Positions 34,052-46,088 are shown, counted from the first letter of the stretch. The stretch: 64,000 nucleotides of DNA from Neoechinorhynchus agilis (GCA_051530055.1 CM121342.1:8155412-8219411); one strand, 5' to 3'. Notes: generated from the letters alone by a model not told the origin. Made by a program: numbers and translations.

Positions 34052-36415
34052 ATGCCACCATCATCCGTTTACATCCTCGATCTTAAGGGAAAGGTTTGTA
34101 TTTTCTATTAATCTTAGTATCTACTGAGGAGCATTTCATGATAAATTTTATAACGTCGATCTTCCAAATATGAACTTATTTGGAAATTATAATTTTCGCA
34201 CTGTTTATTTTTATTGGCCAATCTGTATGCAAGAAAAGGTTTTTAGACGCGGTTTGTTAGCACTTTTTCCTGTGAGAGAAATATGTCGAAATCGAACATT
34301 TCCACTGTTTATAAGTTTCAGTTGTTGATCTTAAGAAGCTAAAACCTATATTGAATCCGCGTAGTTAAATTATACGTTCTATTTGCTAATATTTTGGTTA
34401 CTTTACCAAACAGGTTCTAATATCCCGCGATTTCCGTGGTGATATCGATCTTAATGCCATTGACGAATTCCTGGAACTCTTATTGGAAAATGAAGACACT
34501 GCGCAGCAAACATCTCCCATGTTTCAAAAGGACAACATCGCTTATGTCTATATAAGACAATCGAATGTTTATTGTAAGTAAGAACCTTAAGTTTCTATAA
34601 AAAACGAAATGAATGTTAACGTAAAATGTGAATTTAATTTTAGGCTTGTTGCTTTAGAGAACCAAAGATCATTTGCGTATAACCCAAGTGATGAAGGTTT
34701 TAAAATGTTTTTCAAAAACCCGTCGTCTATGAGAACTTTTTTGAAACTATATTTCTAAGTCGATAATCTCGACTGTTGCAGACTCTTAGTTTTACACCCT
34801 GCCCTCTGAATTTTAGCCCGTTTCAAACAATGAAATTCGTGAGAGGCGTTTTTAGGCGTGTTTTTACGACCTCCTTTTTTAGTCGTCGCTGCATCTCGAT
34901 CAAACACGAACATATCTCTGGTATTTGCATTTCTATATCGACTAATCGAGGTATTTATTATTTCACAAACATAAACCTAATTCCTCTTAATCAACATTAA
35001 AAGGTTCTAACCGAGTACTTTAAAGAAGTTCAAGAGGAGTCGATCCGTGATAACTTTGTTTTGGTTTATGAGCTACTGGACGAGATGATGGATTTCGGTT
35101 ATCCTCAAATAACTGAAAGTAAGATTCTGCAGGAGTACATAACTCAACGAGGGAATGAACTCGCAAGAGACGTAGCAACCACGAGGCCTCCACCAACTGT
35201 GACAAATGCCGTTTCGTGGAGAAGTGAAGGAATTCGATATAGAAAGAACGAAGTGTTTTTGGATGTAATCGAGTCGCTGAACTTACTTGTCAGTTCGTCC
35301 GGAGCGGTGCTTAGAAGTGAAATTGACGGATCTATTCGAGTGCGAACATATTTAAGTGGAATGCCCGAATTGAAATTGGGACTTAACGATAAAATATTAT
35401 TTGAGAATATCGGACGAAGTAACTTGAAGTCCGTACTCAACTTGTTCTCCATACGTGGGATCTAATATGAGAACCAAAGTTTGAATAGAACTTGAAGATG
35501 TCAAGTTTCATCAGTGCGTTCGACTTTCGCGATTTGAGAACGATAGAACTATCTCATTCATCCCACCGGATGGAGAATTCGAACTCATGTACTACCGACT
35601 TAATACTAACGTAAGTGCTTTTTCGTATCTTAAGCGCATCAAAACTGTAGAAATAGTTAGAAAAACTTGATGAAAAATCGCCAATATCGTCTTTCCGAAT
35701 TTTTTATGACACCAATAAATAACCATTTTATGATAAATATTTATACCTTACGAGCCTTCTTTAAATGAATGTTATGAGTGCATTTTGAAGGGTGGGTTTT
35801 GGCTAAATTCGTACAAATCTTTCTTCGTCTTGTCAACGTGATGAATTTTAAAATTTAGGTGAAGCCTCTAATTTGGATCGAGTGTCATACTGAGATGCAC
35901 GCGAGAAGTCGAGTCGAATTCATGGTCAAAGCAAAAGCTCAATTCAAGCGACGATCGAACGCTAACAGCGTTCAGATCGTGATTCCCGTGCCTGCGGATG
36001 TTGACTCTGGTCGATTTAAGTCAACTTCGGGATCTGTTAGATATTTACCGGAGAAATCGGTGATCGTGTGGTCGATAAAGTCTTTACCGGTAGGTCTCTC
36101 ACCGCCATTATGGTCCTTTAAAGCGTTTTTTAGGGCGAAAAGGAATGTTTAATGCGAGCCAACTTCCGCTTGCCGAGTATGGAAGCGTCGGAGGATGACA
36201 TTGCAAAACAAGGGAGTCCACCTATACGAGTACGATTCGAGATTCCGTATTTTACGGTATCTGGTATTCAGGTTAGACATTGCATTTGAATCAATAACGC
36301 TAAATCGAAACAGGTTCGGTATTTGAAAATCATTGAGAAAAGTGGGTATCAAGCTTTGCCTTGGGTGAGATATATCACTCAAAATGGCGAATATCAAATT
36401 AGGACACAGCATTGA
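34052..36415 (+). CDS. AP1M1: AP-1 adaptor complex mu subunit; exons 34052-34093, 34414-34573, 34883-34950, 35004-35432, 35485-35610, 35859-36089, 36134-36271, 36314-36415
   Basis: [96 protein letters not shown] and [13 protein letters not shown]; six GT-AG introns plus one non-canonical gap. Confidence 0.95.
35433..35487 (+). other. 52-nt TA-flanked hairpin insertion / putative non-canonical intron in AP1M
   Basis: Removing 52 nt restores KS(V/I)ELEDVKF; a 16-bp bulged stem forms between 35437-35453 and 35466-35484. Confidence 0.65.
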
Positions 36416-36625
36416 AAATGTGCTTGTGCGTGATTTTATGGAAATATTATTTCAATTGCGATTCCAAAAAGAATGTCTACCTGTTTCGATTCCATTACAG
36501 AACTTCTCTGCTAAATCTTTCCTTAAATGTTCAAAGATAAATTACAGCCTTCATTCGTCATTAGAGAGACCTTTTTTGATCGCTTATCATAATCTTCCAT
36601 CGGGATTATTGAAAATTTATTCCAG

Positions 36626-36660
36626 TTCATTGAGGCGTTATGTATGAACGCCTCAACGAA
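36626..36660. other. Stem-loop about 210 nt downstream of the AP1M stop
   Basis: TTC-A-TTGAGGCGTT pairs with AACGCCTCAA-C-GAA, 7-nt loop. Confidence 0.6.
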
Positions 36661-37244
36661 CCAGAAAACATTCAGCCGAGTTAATTGAAACTTAAAAGGT
36701 GAACTGTCAAAAGCAACGAATTTAATCGGCTGTGGATTTTCATTATTTTAAAAATTAAAAATAGATTTCAACAATCAACGCTGATTCACGAGGTTAAAAA
36801 GAACCTAAAAACATGAACTATCTGGATTGTTAAATTAATTCTTTTCTGCCCTAAGAGATGTATGGAAAGCACTAATCGGATAATCATTATTAAAAAGACA
36901 AATGCAAAAAAACATTCTACGAGGCAAAAGTTTACATTTGCAATTAAAGGAATGCTCTTTGAAACAAAACGCGACGCGCAGTTTCGTTAATATTGTCTTA
37001 TTTTAAACTGCAAAAAAGATTACCAGGATTTGCGCCAAAAGGTTCCATATTTCTTTATTATTGTGCATTTGCAAATGAAAATCAATAGACTTCTTCCATT
37101 CACGTATTTCCTAATACCAAATCAGTGTTTAATTAATTGTAAAGCTCTGGATTGTGCATCAAGCATCCCCCTTTTCCCATAAAAACACCGTTTTAGGATT
37201 ATGAATCAGTCAATTCGAACTTTTCAGGCGCTAATCATGTTCCC

Positions 37245-37560
37245 GTGAATGGCCTCAGACAGTCCATCTGGGAAAGACCTCTTGTCGCGAGAGCTCACAG
37301 CTCTCTACTTTTAGCTTCCAGCGATGAGGCCGTCCGAGCTAGATTGTTAGCAGTTTCGACACGAGAATCGGGGGCGTGGTTGGCCGGCGACGCACTAGCG
37401 GGTGTATTCCTGCGACAAAATATCTCCCTCGCAGTACAACGAGGCAATGCTGCAAGCGTGATAGCGACAGCCGAGGAAGGAGAGAAGCTAAGATTTTGCA
37501 GACGGTGGTGATTGTATAGTTAATATTGGAATGTGTAATAAAACTTATGACTCGAAAAAA
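37245..37560 (+). mobile_element. Internally deleted CRE-like fragment with 3' end
   Basis: RARLLAVSTRESGAWL is fused directly to AGVFLRQNISLAVQRGNAASV; the last ~115 bp of coding sequence are near-identical to 17330-17445. Confidence 0.85.
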
Positions 37561-38521
37561 TTAAAAATGCCAATACTCAATTATTGGTAGAGCGTCTTTG
37601 TCCCTTCTAAAAACATCGAAGATGAGAAAACTTGAGAACACTGCAGATCATTCAAATCTTTTTGCGTTCTTCTGATCTCTTATTAGATTTACACGATTGA
37701 GAAATCTTAAACTCGACAGAATATAAATTCTTAGTTTTCAATAAAACTAAACATTTTGATTACTCTATAAAACAAAATCAATTGCAATTCTTGATAAAGA
37801 AATTGTCAGCGATTGATTTTAACAAATTTCAGGTTTGATTCGCCTTTTTTTATGACTTTACCGCGGACATTCGAAAGATAATAAATTCGGAACAATATTA
37901 AAAAGTCATTGTTTTCCTATTAAAAAGCGAAACCGAGCTCCTTAATTCGTCGACTTTTAAGTTAAACGCCATTTTAATACTATAAATCTTTAATTCTTAT
38001 TGATTTAAAGCTGATTATTTTATTCCTTAACTTCGTAATTAGCGCGTCCTTATTAATTTGGCGCTCTTAATCGACGCAAGGGACAATCCTTCGTTTAGAC
38101 TTTGAATTCCGGATTTGTCGTTTTTGGATCTTTTTTGCTGACTTTTTATAATTAAGATTTGATGATTCTTGTGAAATTCGTTCCTCGAATCTAAAAAGTT
38201 TGATTCTATCCAATTGTTCCTTCGAATGGATGTGTATTCTCTATGGCGAATTGTAACACATTCGAGTTTTATTGAACTCTTCATTGGGAGTTTTCAAGGC
38301 CTCAGCCTCCTTCTCAATCATTGTTTGCAAGTTTTTTCAGTTTGATTTTTGAAAATAGCTAAACTCCTCCGTACGTAAAATTCAATTCTTGTACGAAAAT
38401 TAAATCTCTGCTCAAAACAACCATTGAACATTTCAGAATCGCACTAAAAAAATTCGAACTGCGATTACGACTCTCGTGACCACAAAAAAGCATTTCCGAT
38501 CTTTTCGTCTTTAATTTCAAG

Positions 38522-41246
38522 ATGGATGCCAATGAAAACATTTTGGAAAATACAGACGAATTTGATCGCCAAATAGAAAAGGAGTACCACAGAGAAGATC
38601 AAGACGTGAGAGTTCTTTTTTAAGAATCGTGTTTAAGAAATTTTTTAAAGATTATGGATTACGTTTGCCGAATGTCTTATAGTTCATCTGAAGATCTTAC
38701 CGTGGTTTCGTGCACTCAAAATGACCTCCAAGTCTCCAGCGACTCTTTGAACGAAGATGACGCCATAAAGATTGTTCAATCAACTCCGTATTCCGGTCAA
38801 ATGGACGGTAACTTCATAGGCGAAAATATTTTCTCGGAAATCGTCAAAGAAAACCAATCCGAAATCAATGTCTTGCAAAGCACTGAAAATAAGACGAGTG
38901 CAGATAAACAATTGAAAGGTGAAATTTTCTAGAATTACATTTAAGACTTGGAATTGTTTGTTGAAAAATCAAAATGTTCAGTGTTTTCTTTATTCAGATT
39001 TGATATTTCCTTTTTTTGCTCTTTAATAATTGAACTTTTAATTTTTTAAGGGCAAATATTTTGTAGTGTAGAAGTATCGCAGTCCGCTCGTCATTCGCTG
39101 TTTCCCAAGAATCATTTCGGATATTACAAAGACGATACGACGTGAATGGTCGGCAAAATTAAATGATGAGATCACACAAAAAATGGCCGAATCAGAATTT
39201 AGTATTCTCTATTAATTTTTGATTTAAAAAAGAATTTTTAAAACGTTTTTTAATAAGAATTCAAATTGTTGATTTGTTAAGATCGACTAAAATATTTGGA
39301 ATCTCAAATGGACGCACTTAGAAAAGAGAATACGGCATTAAGAAACAATCTCTCTTCCTCGGATGCAGAAATCAAAAAAGTTTGTTTGCAAAAAGCGGAT
39401 CTGGAGAAGCGACTTGAAATCAGCGAACAATCCTATGAAATGATTCGAGAAGAGAAAAGACTCTGGAAACGAAGCAGAGAAATGGAAGATGGACAATTCG
39501 ATCAGATTAGGCGAACACTTAAAGAAGACCTGTTTAATTCTCAAGAACGTTTGAGAAGATCTTCGATTGAAATCGATAGAAAGGTATTCTGATTTTACGA
39601 GTACTTTCAAAACTATACCGAAATTTAATTGATAAGAACAAAGAGATTGCTGATCACAAATTGGCAGTGAATGCATTAAACCGAGAAAGAGATTCGCTGT
39701 TATCAGTGGCAACTGCGAGTGTTAGAAGAGTTTCTTGTATTTCCGAAGATTTGTTATCGATCGGAAATCATTATCTAACTTTCGATATTAGTCAAATCGA
39801 TCATAACGCTATCCGAAAGTTGACTACAAAACTCACTGAAGAACGTCTTCATGCTGATCGACTTGTTGAACTGCTTAAAGACGAGTACTTGAGAGGAAAA
39901 GACTGTCAGAGTTCGAGAGGAGAAAGTATAATGGCGTTGGCAATGTCAATTGGTTCAAAGGCAAATGAAGAAACTATCCGTTTTCTGAAGGTATTTTTAG
40001 ACCTTTTATTACTGAATTTATTGAACATAAGAGATCAGAATTTTGCCACAATATGCGTTCGAGACTTGCCTGCGAGGTTCAATTTTTAAATTTATTTCCG
40101 CCTTTGTTTTAAATCGAATTTCAAATACGAAATTGCATTTTGAAATGCGTTTTGAATAATTGTGATAGCCGCTAAAGAGGTGTAGTTTCGCTCATTAGAA
40201 TTCGTAAAGTGCATTTCTCTATGTTTTTGTTAATCGTTTAGACAAGAGACTCAGCAATTCAAACGGATTCAAGTAATTTTTCTAAACGTTTGATCTCACA
40301 AAATCTGCCGCCAATTCAATTTCAAGTTAAAGAAATCCGCTTGGATTTTCAAAGGTATTTAATTCGAGCTATTAACAATCATTTAAATTTAAATAGGATT
40401 GAGCGCCTTAACAAGCTTATGTATGATCAAATTTCAAGCTCTATCTGTCATCTGAAACAATTCGTTTGCTCTAAAATCGACCCGGAATCACCACTAAGCG
40501 TAAAAAAGTTCAAAGATCTAAAACTATTCACTTCCGAAACAACAAAAGATGTTAGTTTATTAACCAATATTTTGACAAAGTCACTAAAATTTGAACATGA
40601 TTGTTTGTCCGAGATTAAATCAATGAGCCAAAACGTCGACCGAATCCAAAATGGCATTGCTGAGAAAACGAGTGATCTTGAATTCCGTTTGGACGAATGC
40701 ACGAGTAAGCTTCTTTGTCTGCACGACCAGACGTTCTTGGTAATGAGAAACATGAAGAAATCCGTCTCGAGTTTGCAAGATCATCTTTTAAATACAAAAG
40801 TAGATTTTGCTACAATGATGAATGCTCAAAAACACAAAATGAACGAGATTAAAGATATTTTGGTTGCATTTAGCGTCTATATTTTAGAAATGGAAGCGAA
40901 CAGAGAAGCAAAGCGACTTTCCATGGTCAATGTTTCCGTTCAAACGGAAGATTACGTAGACGAAGAATTGATATCGATGGTTAAATCGATAACCCACAGT
41001 AATTCAATTATGCAAAATTTGTTGGAGGAAACACTTCCTCGAGCGTCAGCTTTGGAAGCCTGGATTCAATGTACTTCGACGAGGCTTAAACTTTATTGTT
41101 CAAAAAAGAATGTTCCGGTTCTGGAAAGAAAATGCGGACGCAGTTCGCAAGGTTCCATAGAAAAGGAAGATATCGGTGGATCATTAAAGATTCAAGGAAA
41201 ACCGTGGTATCGGCGGTACATAAGAACAAATAGACTTGATGTCTAA
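38522..41246 (+). CDS. Multi-exon coiled-coil protein of unknown function (copy 2)
   Basis: Starts MDANENILENTDEFDRQIEKEYH; GT-AG junctions resolved at four of five introns; mirror of 8823-11547. Confidence 0.6.
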
Positions 41247-41855
41247 GATGAAATAAACGTTTACTTTGTTAGAGATTCATTGATTTGTTATTGAACGTTC
41301 AAGATCATGATAATTAAACGGCTGAAAGGAAAATTATCGTTTCATTGGAAACAGATGCGATTCTTTAGACATTTGAACATAATGCACAATTACAGGTTAC
41401 GTTTTTAATGTCAAACTTAAAGCAAAGATAATGATTGAGAAATTATAAGAACGCGACCTCTGATTGAAGATAAAAAATTTATCTTTAGCAATTCCGATTG
41501 TCTAATGTCGAAGCATTACTTTTTCTGCAAAAGTGCATCGTTCAACCCCTATTAAAATGATTTAAACTTTTTTTTCGTTGTCGTACATCCACTGAAGATG
41601 ACCTTTTGAAAAAACTAAATTGGACGCTGATTGGCTACCCGATAATTTAAAATAAGCGGCAAACAATGAAAGGAAATTTAGCACAAATAAGCGTTATAAT
41701 CCTGTGTCCTCCTCTAATTTTTGGATGTGTGAATAAAATAGTAACCTTTTTTGATTCTATGCGCACTTTCTGATGTCAAATTAAATTTTATTAAAAACCG
41801 AATTTTACAGCGTTTTCTCGAGCGTTACGGACTCCTTTGGAGGAAAAGCCAACGT

Positions 41856-42636
41856 TTTACTATGGGAATCTTTGTAGGGTTTTTTAACGGCAAGCGAAAT
41901 TCGATGGCTACTTTTGATTACCGCGATTTTTGTTTAGTTAAATAACATTAATGAAACGATGAATAATCGAAATTATGGTCTCCCTGCCCAGCCTGGACTT
42001 TTTCCGTAAATTGCTTGTTCCAATTTGTTTCCCAAATATTTTTTGCTTACCAAAAGGTAATTGTTTGCCATCAAATCGATAATAATCCTCGACCGATCCC
42101 CATTGAGATAGATCACCGAGCATCAACTATGTTTTGTTATGAAAACCTTGCAGGGTTTTTAACGGCAAGCAAAATTCGATGGCTACTTTTGATTACCGCG
42201 ATTTTTGTTTAGTTAAATAACATTAATGAAACGATGAATAATCTAAATTATGGTCTCTTTGCCCAGCTTGGACTTTTTCCGTAAATTGCTTGTTCCAATT
42301 TGTTTCCCAAATATTTTTCGCTTACCAAAAGATGATTGTTTGCCATCAAATCGATAATAATCCTCGACCGGTCCCCATTGAGATAGATTACCGAGCATCA
42401 ACTATGTTTTGTAATGGAAACCTTGCAGGGGTTTTAACGACAAGCGAAATTCGATGGCTATATCCTTCACCGTTGTTTTTCTAATTAAGGAACATTCGTT
42501 AAATGATGAATAATGGAAATTATGGCCTAAGTCCCCGCCTGCCCTTGAGTCTGCCAGGAAACCCATTTGTTATAATTTGTTTCCTGAATATTTTTGCTTA
42601 CCAAGAGGTGATTGTTCCCATTAAATCGATAACAAT
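41856..42636. repeat. About 275-bp tandem repeat upstream of TFIIB (copy 2)
   Basis: Mirror of 7380-8160. Confidence 0.85.
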
Positions 42637-42978
42637 CCTCGATTGATCGAATTTGCCATATTAATGCGCAATTTCATTGTGTCAGTGCTGGTGCTTTTTT
42701 TGTAGAAATATTATCGTTGCATTTTTCTCAATTATTCAGAAATCCAATCTTCCTTTTGGTTACAAATTGGTCAAATCATTCTCTCAAGAATTTTTTGAGA
42801 CAATTGCAACCGTAATTTCGGCATTAATTTTTTTCTTTGCCACTTGAATGTTCGAATAAAAATTAACTAACCTGCATCGTGAATTTCACGGCTGCTTTAC
42901 TCACTTTTTGCTATTTGCATTGCGATTTCTTCACAGCCAAAAGCACTTTTCATTTACTTTCGATTTCCCGTTTCTTAG

Positions 42979-43875
42979 ATGTTTAAGAAGGATAAAGCAT
43001 ATTTCTGTAATGAACATCCTGATGCTGAATTAGTCGAAGATTTCCACGCTGGTGATCTTATTTGTCCTCTCTGTGGAGCAGTTGTTGGCGAGAGAGTCGT
43101 TGACGTTTCAGCAGAGTGGAGAATTTTTCATAGCGACACCGAAATGTGGAATAAATCTCGGGTCGGGGAGCCGTGTAATGAAATATTCGACCTGCAATAC
43201 AATATGGCTACTCGATGTGATTGGAAATCTATGAAATTGGATTCGGCAACGAGGACCACACTGAGGCGCCATAAACAGATGGAAAAGATAGCAGAGTCTC
43301 TGAAGATCCCTCGGCTAATCACTGACCAGGCAAAAGGGATTCTGAAGCGGATAAAGGATGCAAAACCTCTGCGAGGAAGGCCCGAGGATGCAATCGTGGC
43401 TGCGTGTTTGTATATTGCGTGCCGCCAAGAGAAAGCACCAAGAACTTTGAAGGAAATCTGTTTAGTGAGTTCAGCCAATACTCGAGATATTGGGAAGTGT
43501 TTTAAAAAGATTTTGTCCCTGATCGATGACAATGTCGGAACTGTCAGAAGCCAAGATTTCATCCCGAGATTCTGCTCTCGACTTAACATGAAATCGGAAG
43601 CTCAGGATATTGTTAGGCATCTGAGTAAACGAGTCGTACAACTCGAACTCGTTGATGGAAGAGCTCCAGACACCGTCGCAGCCGCTTGTATTTTAATGGC
43701 TTCTCGTCTTTCCGGACTAAGAATTTCTATTGTGGATATCAAGGATGTCACTGGAGTATCGATAAGTTCAATCTTTAAGCTGTACAGATCGCTGCTCCCA
43801 CATTCGCAAGAACTTTGTCCAGAGGACAAAACTTGTATTAGTAATTTACACCTTTTATCTCAGTCACACAAGTGA
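42979..43875 (+). CDS. GTF2B: Transcription initiation factor IIB (copy 2)
   Basis: Identical to the copy 1 protein except LLPHSQE versus LLPNSQE. Confidence 0.95.
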   Translation: MFKKDKAYFCNEHPDAELVEDFHAGDLICPLCGAVVGERVVDVSAEWRIFHSDTEMWNKSRVGEPCNEIFDLQYNMATRCDWKSMKLDSATRTTLRRHKQMEKIAESLKIPRLITDQAKGILKRIKDAKPLRGRPEDAIVAACLYIACRQEKAPRTLKEICLVSSANTRDIGKCFKKILSLIDDNVGTVRSQDFIPRFCSRLNMKSEAQDIVRHLSKRVVQLELVDGRAPDTVAAACILMASRLSGLRISIVDIKDVTGVSISSIFKLYRSLLPHSQELCPEDKTCISNLHLLSQSHK

Positions 43876-44376
43876 ATAGGATTTTTTGAAATAAAATATA
43901 GTTAGGTTTTGTTTATGTTCAAGGAGGCAGGATTGAATGAATTATTGCCGCTTTAAGGATGAATTCAATAAGACTGCAAATTGAGGTGAAAATCCAAATT
44001 GAAACTAATTTTAATGGAAACAAAGGGAAATTAAGCTCGCTTTTTACTGTTTTTTTCTTTAAATTTTTTCTTATTATTTAACCTCAAATTTGATTCGTTA
44101 AGTGAATCCTTTGAATTCGCGTTTCTTAAATGGGAAAGGAAACCGATCGACATTTCTGGACGAAAATAGAATCCTTCAATCCGTTTTAAAAAGAATGATC
44201 GTCGGAAAAAAATTGGTGCAAGTTAAAAATTTGTTTCTTGAGATTGTAAAATGTCGATATTTTTTATTCTGTAGATATTACGACTTAAAAGTGGCGTACA
44301 TTTTTCATGATTTCTCTCCCTGAATCACAAAAAGCACAGACAAATGTCGAATTGTTTTTTCTTAGTTCACTCCCAT

Positions 44377-45245
44377 TTAATCATCCAACTCAAGGTCATT
44401 TGACGCAGGATCACTGCCGCCTATGGGAATGATCAATTCGAAAATATCATCTCTTCCGATAGATTTCAAATAATTCCTCAGCATCCCAACATCCGACTGA
44501 TGTGCCCCAGGTTTCATAAAGACTCGTTCTTCGAACGTTTTAAAAAGTGGCTCCTTCGAAACATGATCATCGAAAAGGATTCGTATTCTTCGCCATGTCA
44601 GTGCTCGTATCTGTTGCCAGTAATCATGGATGCTTTTCAAATCAGTGCTTTCAATACATATGAGGCCAGGCTTTCCCGGAACTGAGAATCCGGTCAGGCC
44701 GAGTGCGTCGGCTGTGTGTCGAATAAATCGTCGTTTCTTAGGGTTTCGAATATGGTGACTATATAAGAAAGGTCCTCAAATATAGACATTCGAAGACCGT
44801 TCAATATCCACCTTCTGTGACACTGAACAACCTCGTTTTTGGATTGGGACTTAATCTCCGTTGTCTTTGTTTGGAGCTCATAGCAATTCCTGCAGAGTTC
44901 AAGAACCTTCTCAATAAAGTCCGGAATCGATATTGTCATTGGAACGGACTTTATGAGAGTATTGAGTTTTGGTGCTAAAGGAGTGTTGGAGCATTCAAGA
45001 TGAAGTGCCGATAAGGCTTGTTGATTTTTTCGGATGAATTCAATGAACAAACTCTCAAATGGACATGCGTCGTTGAGTAGAGCTTTCAAATTGAATCGGT
45101 ATTTAATTTCGTTCTTAAACTGATTCTTAGGAATATCACGAGGTTCAATTAATTCTTCTTTAGTGTACATGAATCGAAGGCACGACAGTTCATCGTACAA
45201 TGAGTTATCAATCTTATTAGACATTTTCTGAAAAGACGAGCACAT
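44377..45245 (-). pseudogene. Unknown gene interrupted by a stop (44694) and a frame change (about 44641); C-terminal helical module weakly DED-like
   Basis: Two protein-like ORFs, 44694-45245 and 44377-44640, are separated by a 53-nt open linker; LRNYLKSIGRDDIF resembles the RxDL-type motif. Confidence 0.35.
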
Positions 45246-45906
45246 AAATCATTTAGAAATCGATCTTCGCTTATTAAAAACTAATTGGTCAATAATGATA
45301 AGTTTACAAAGATAGCAATATTATCTCGTCCATTTGCTCGATTATGGCTTAATGCAAGAAACCCAAAAATACCATCGAATTTCTTAGAATTTTAATGAAT
45401 GGATAATAAGAAAAGCAGTATTTGCTTAAAGATTTAAAGTTGTTTCATAAGAAAACAATTTGCTTTTCGACATTCGGACTGTGGACCAAATGAACTGTTT
45501 AAGAAGGATAAATTAAATGCTAGATTATTTTATCGATTGACAACAGTATTTTATGTACGACGAATGAAGAAAAAAATAGAAGTTACGAAAGCATTGGAGA
45601 TTCTTTAAGAGAAATATATCTTTAAGGAAGTTCAACGACGAATTTTTTCCCATTAAAACGAAACACAAAAAGTATAGAAAGAAGGATGGTCAATGTTTTT
45701 AATTTTCCATGTTTAAACTATAAATCGAATTTGGATTGCATTAAAAAATCCTTTTGACACGACAATTAAAAGCTCTAAACGACAAAAAGGTTAAAATTTA
45801 AGTGAATGTCCAAATCCCAAGGCCACTTCTAAACAATTGAGCTACTATTAGAAATCACCAAGGAGCGAGTTCCGACTTTCACTTGTAATGAACAATGTTT
45901 TCTTTG

Positions 45907-46088
45907 GTGATGAGAAGAATGAAGATTGATTTATCAATACCCAATATTTTGTCCGAATCATAAGACTTCATGTCTAAAAGGGTAAGTCAGGGTTGCTTTA
46001 TCCTGACGTACCTTTTAGACATGAAGAAATCCGACGAAATGGACGAAATATTGGGAGTTAATAAATCAATCTTCATTCTTCTCATCAC
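45907..46088. repeat. 182-bp fold-back element: 48-bp outer arms and about 27-bp inner stem
   Basis: 45907-45954 versus 46041-46088 has 4 mismatches; CTTCATGTCTAAAAGG pairs with CCTTTTAGACATGAAG. Confidence 0.93.

Larger units (their letters stand above)
37559..44019. repeat. Inverted segmental duplication, copy 2
   Basis: Reverse complement of 5997-13087; lacks 12463-13041, and 37559-37604 matches 13042-13087 at 44/46. Confidence 0.97.

Noticed and set aside
38919-39075. Unresolved phase at intron 2 of the coiled-coil gene as another non-canonical intron
   Set aside because: There is no homologue to fix the reading frame, and no terminal stem or TA duplication.
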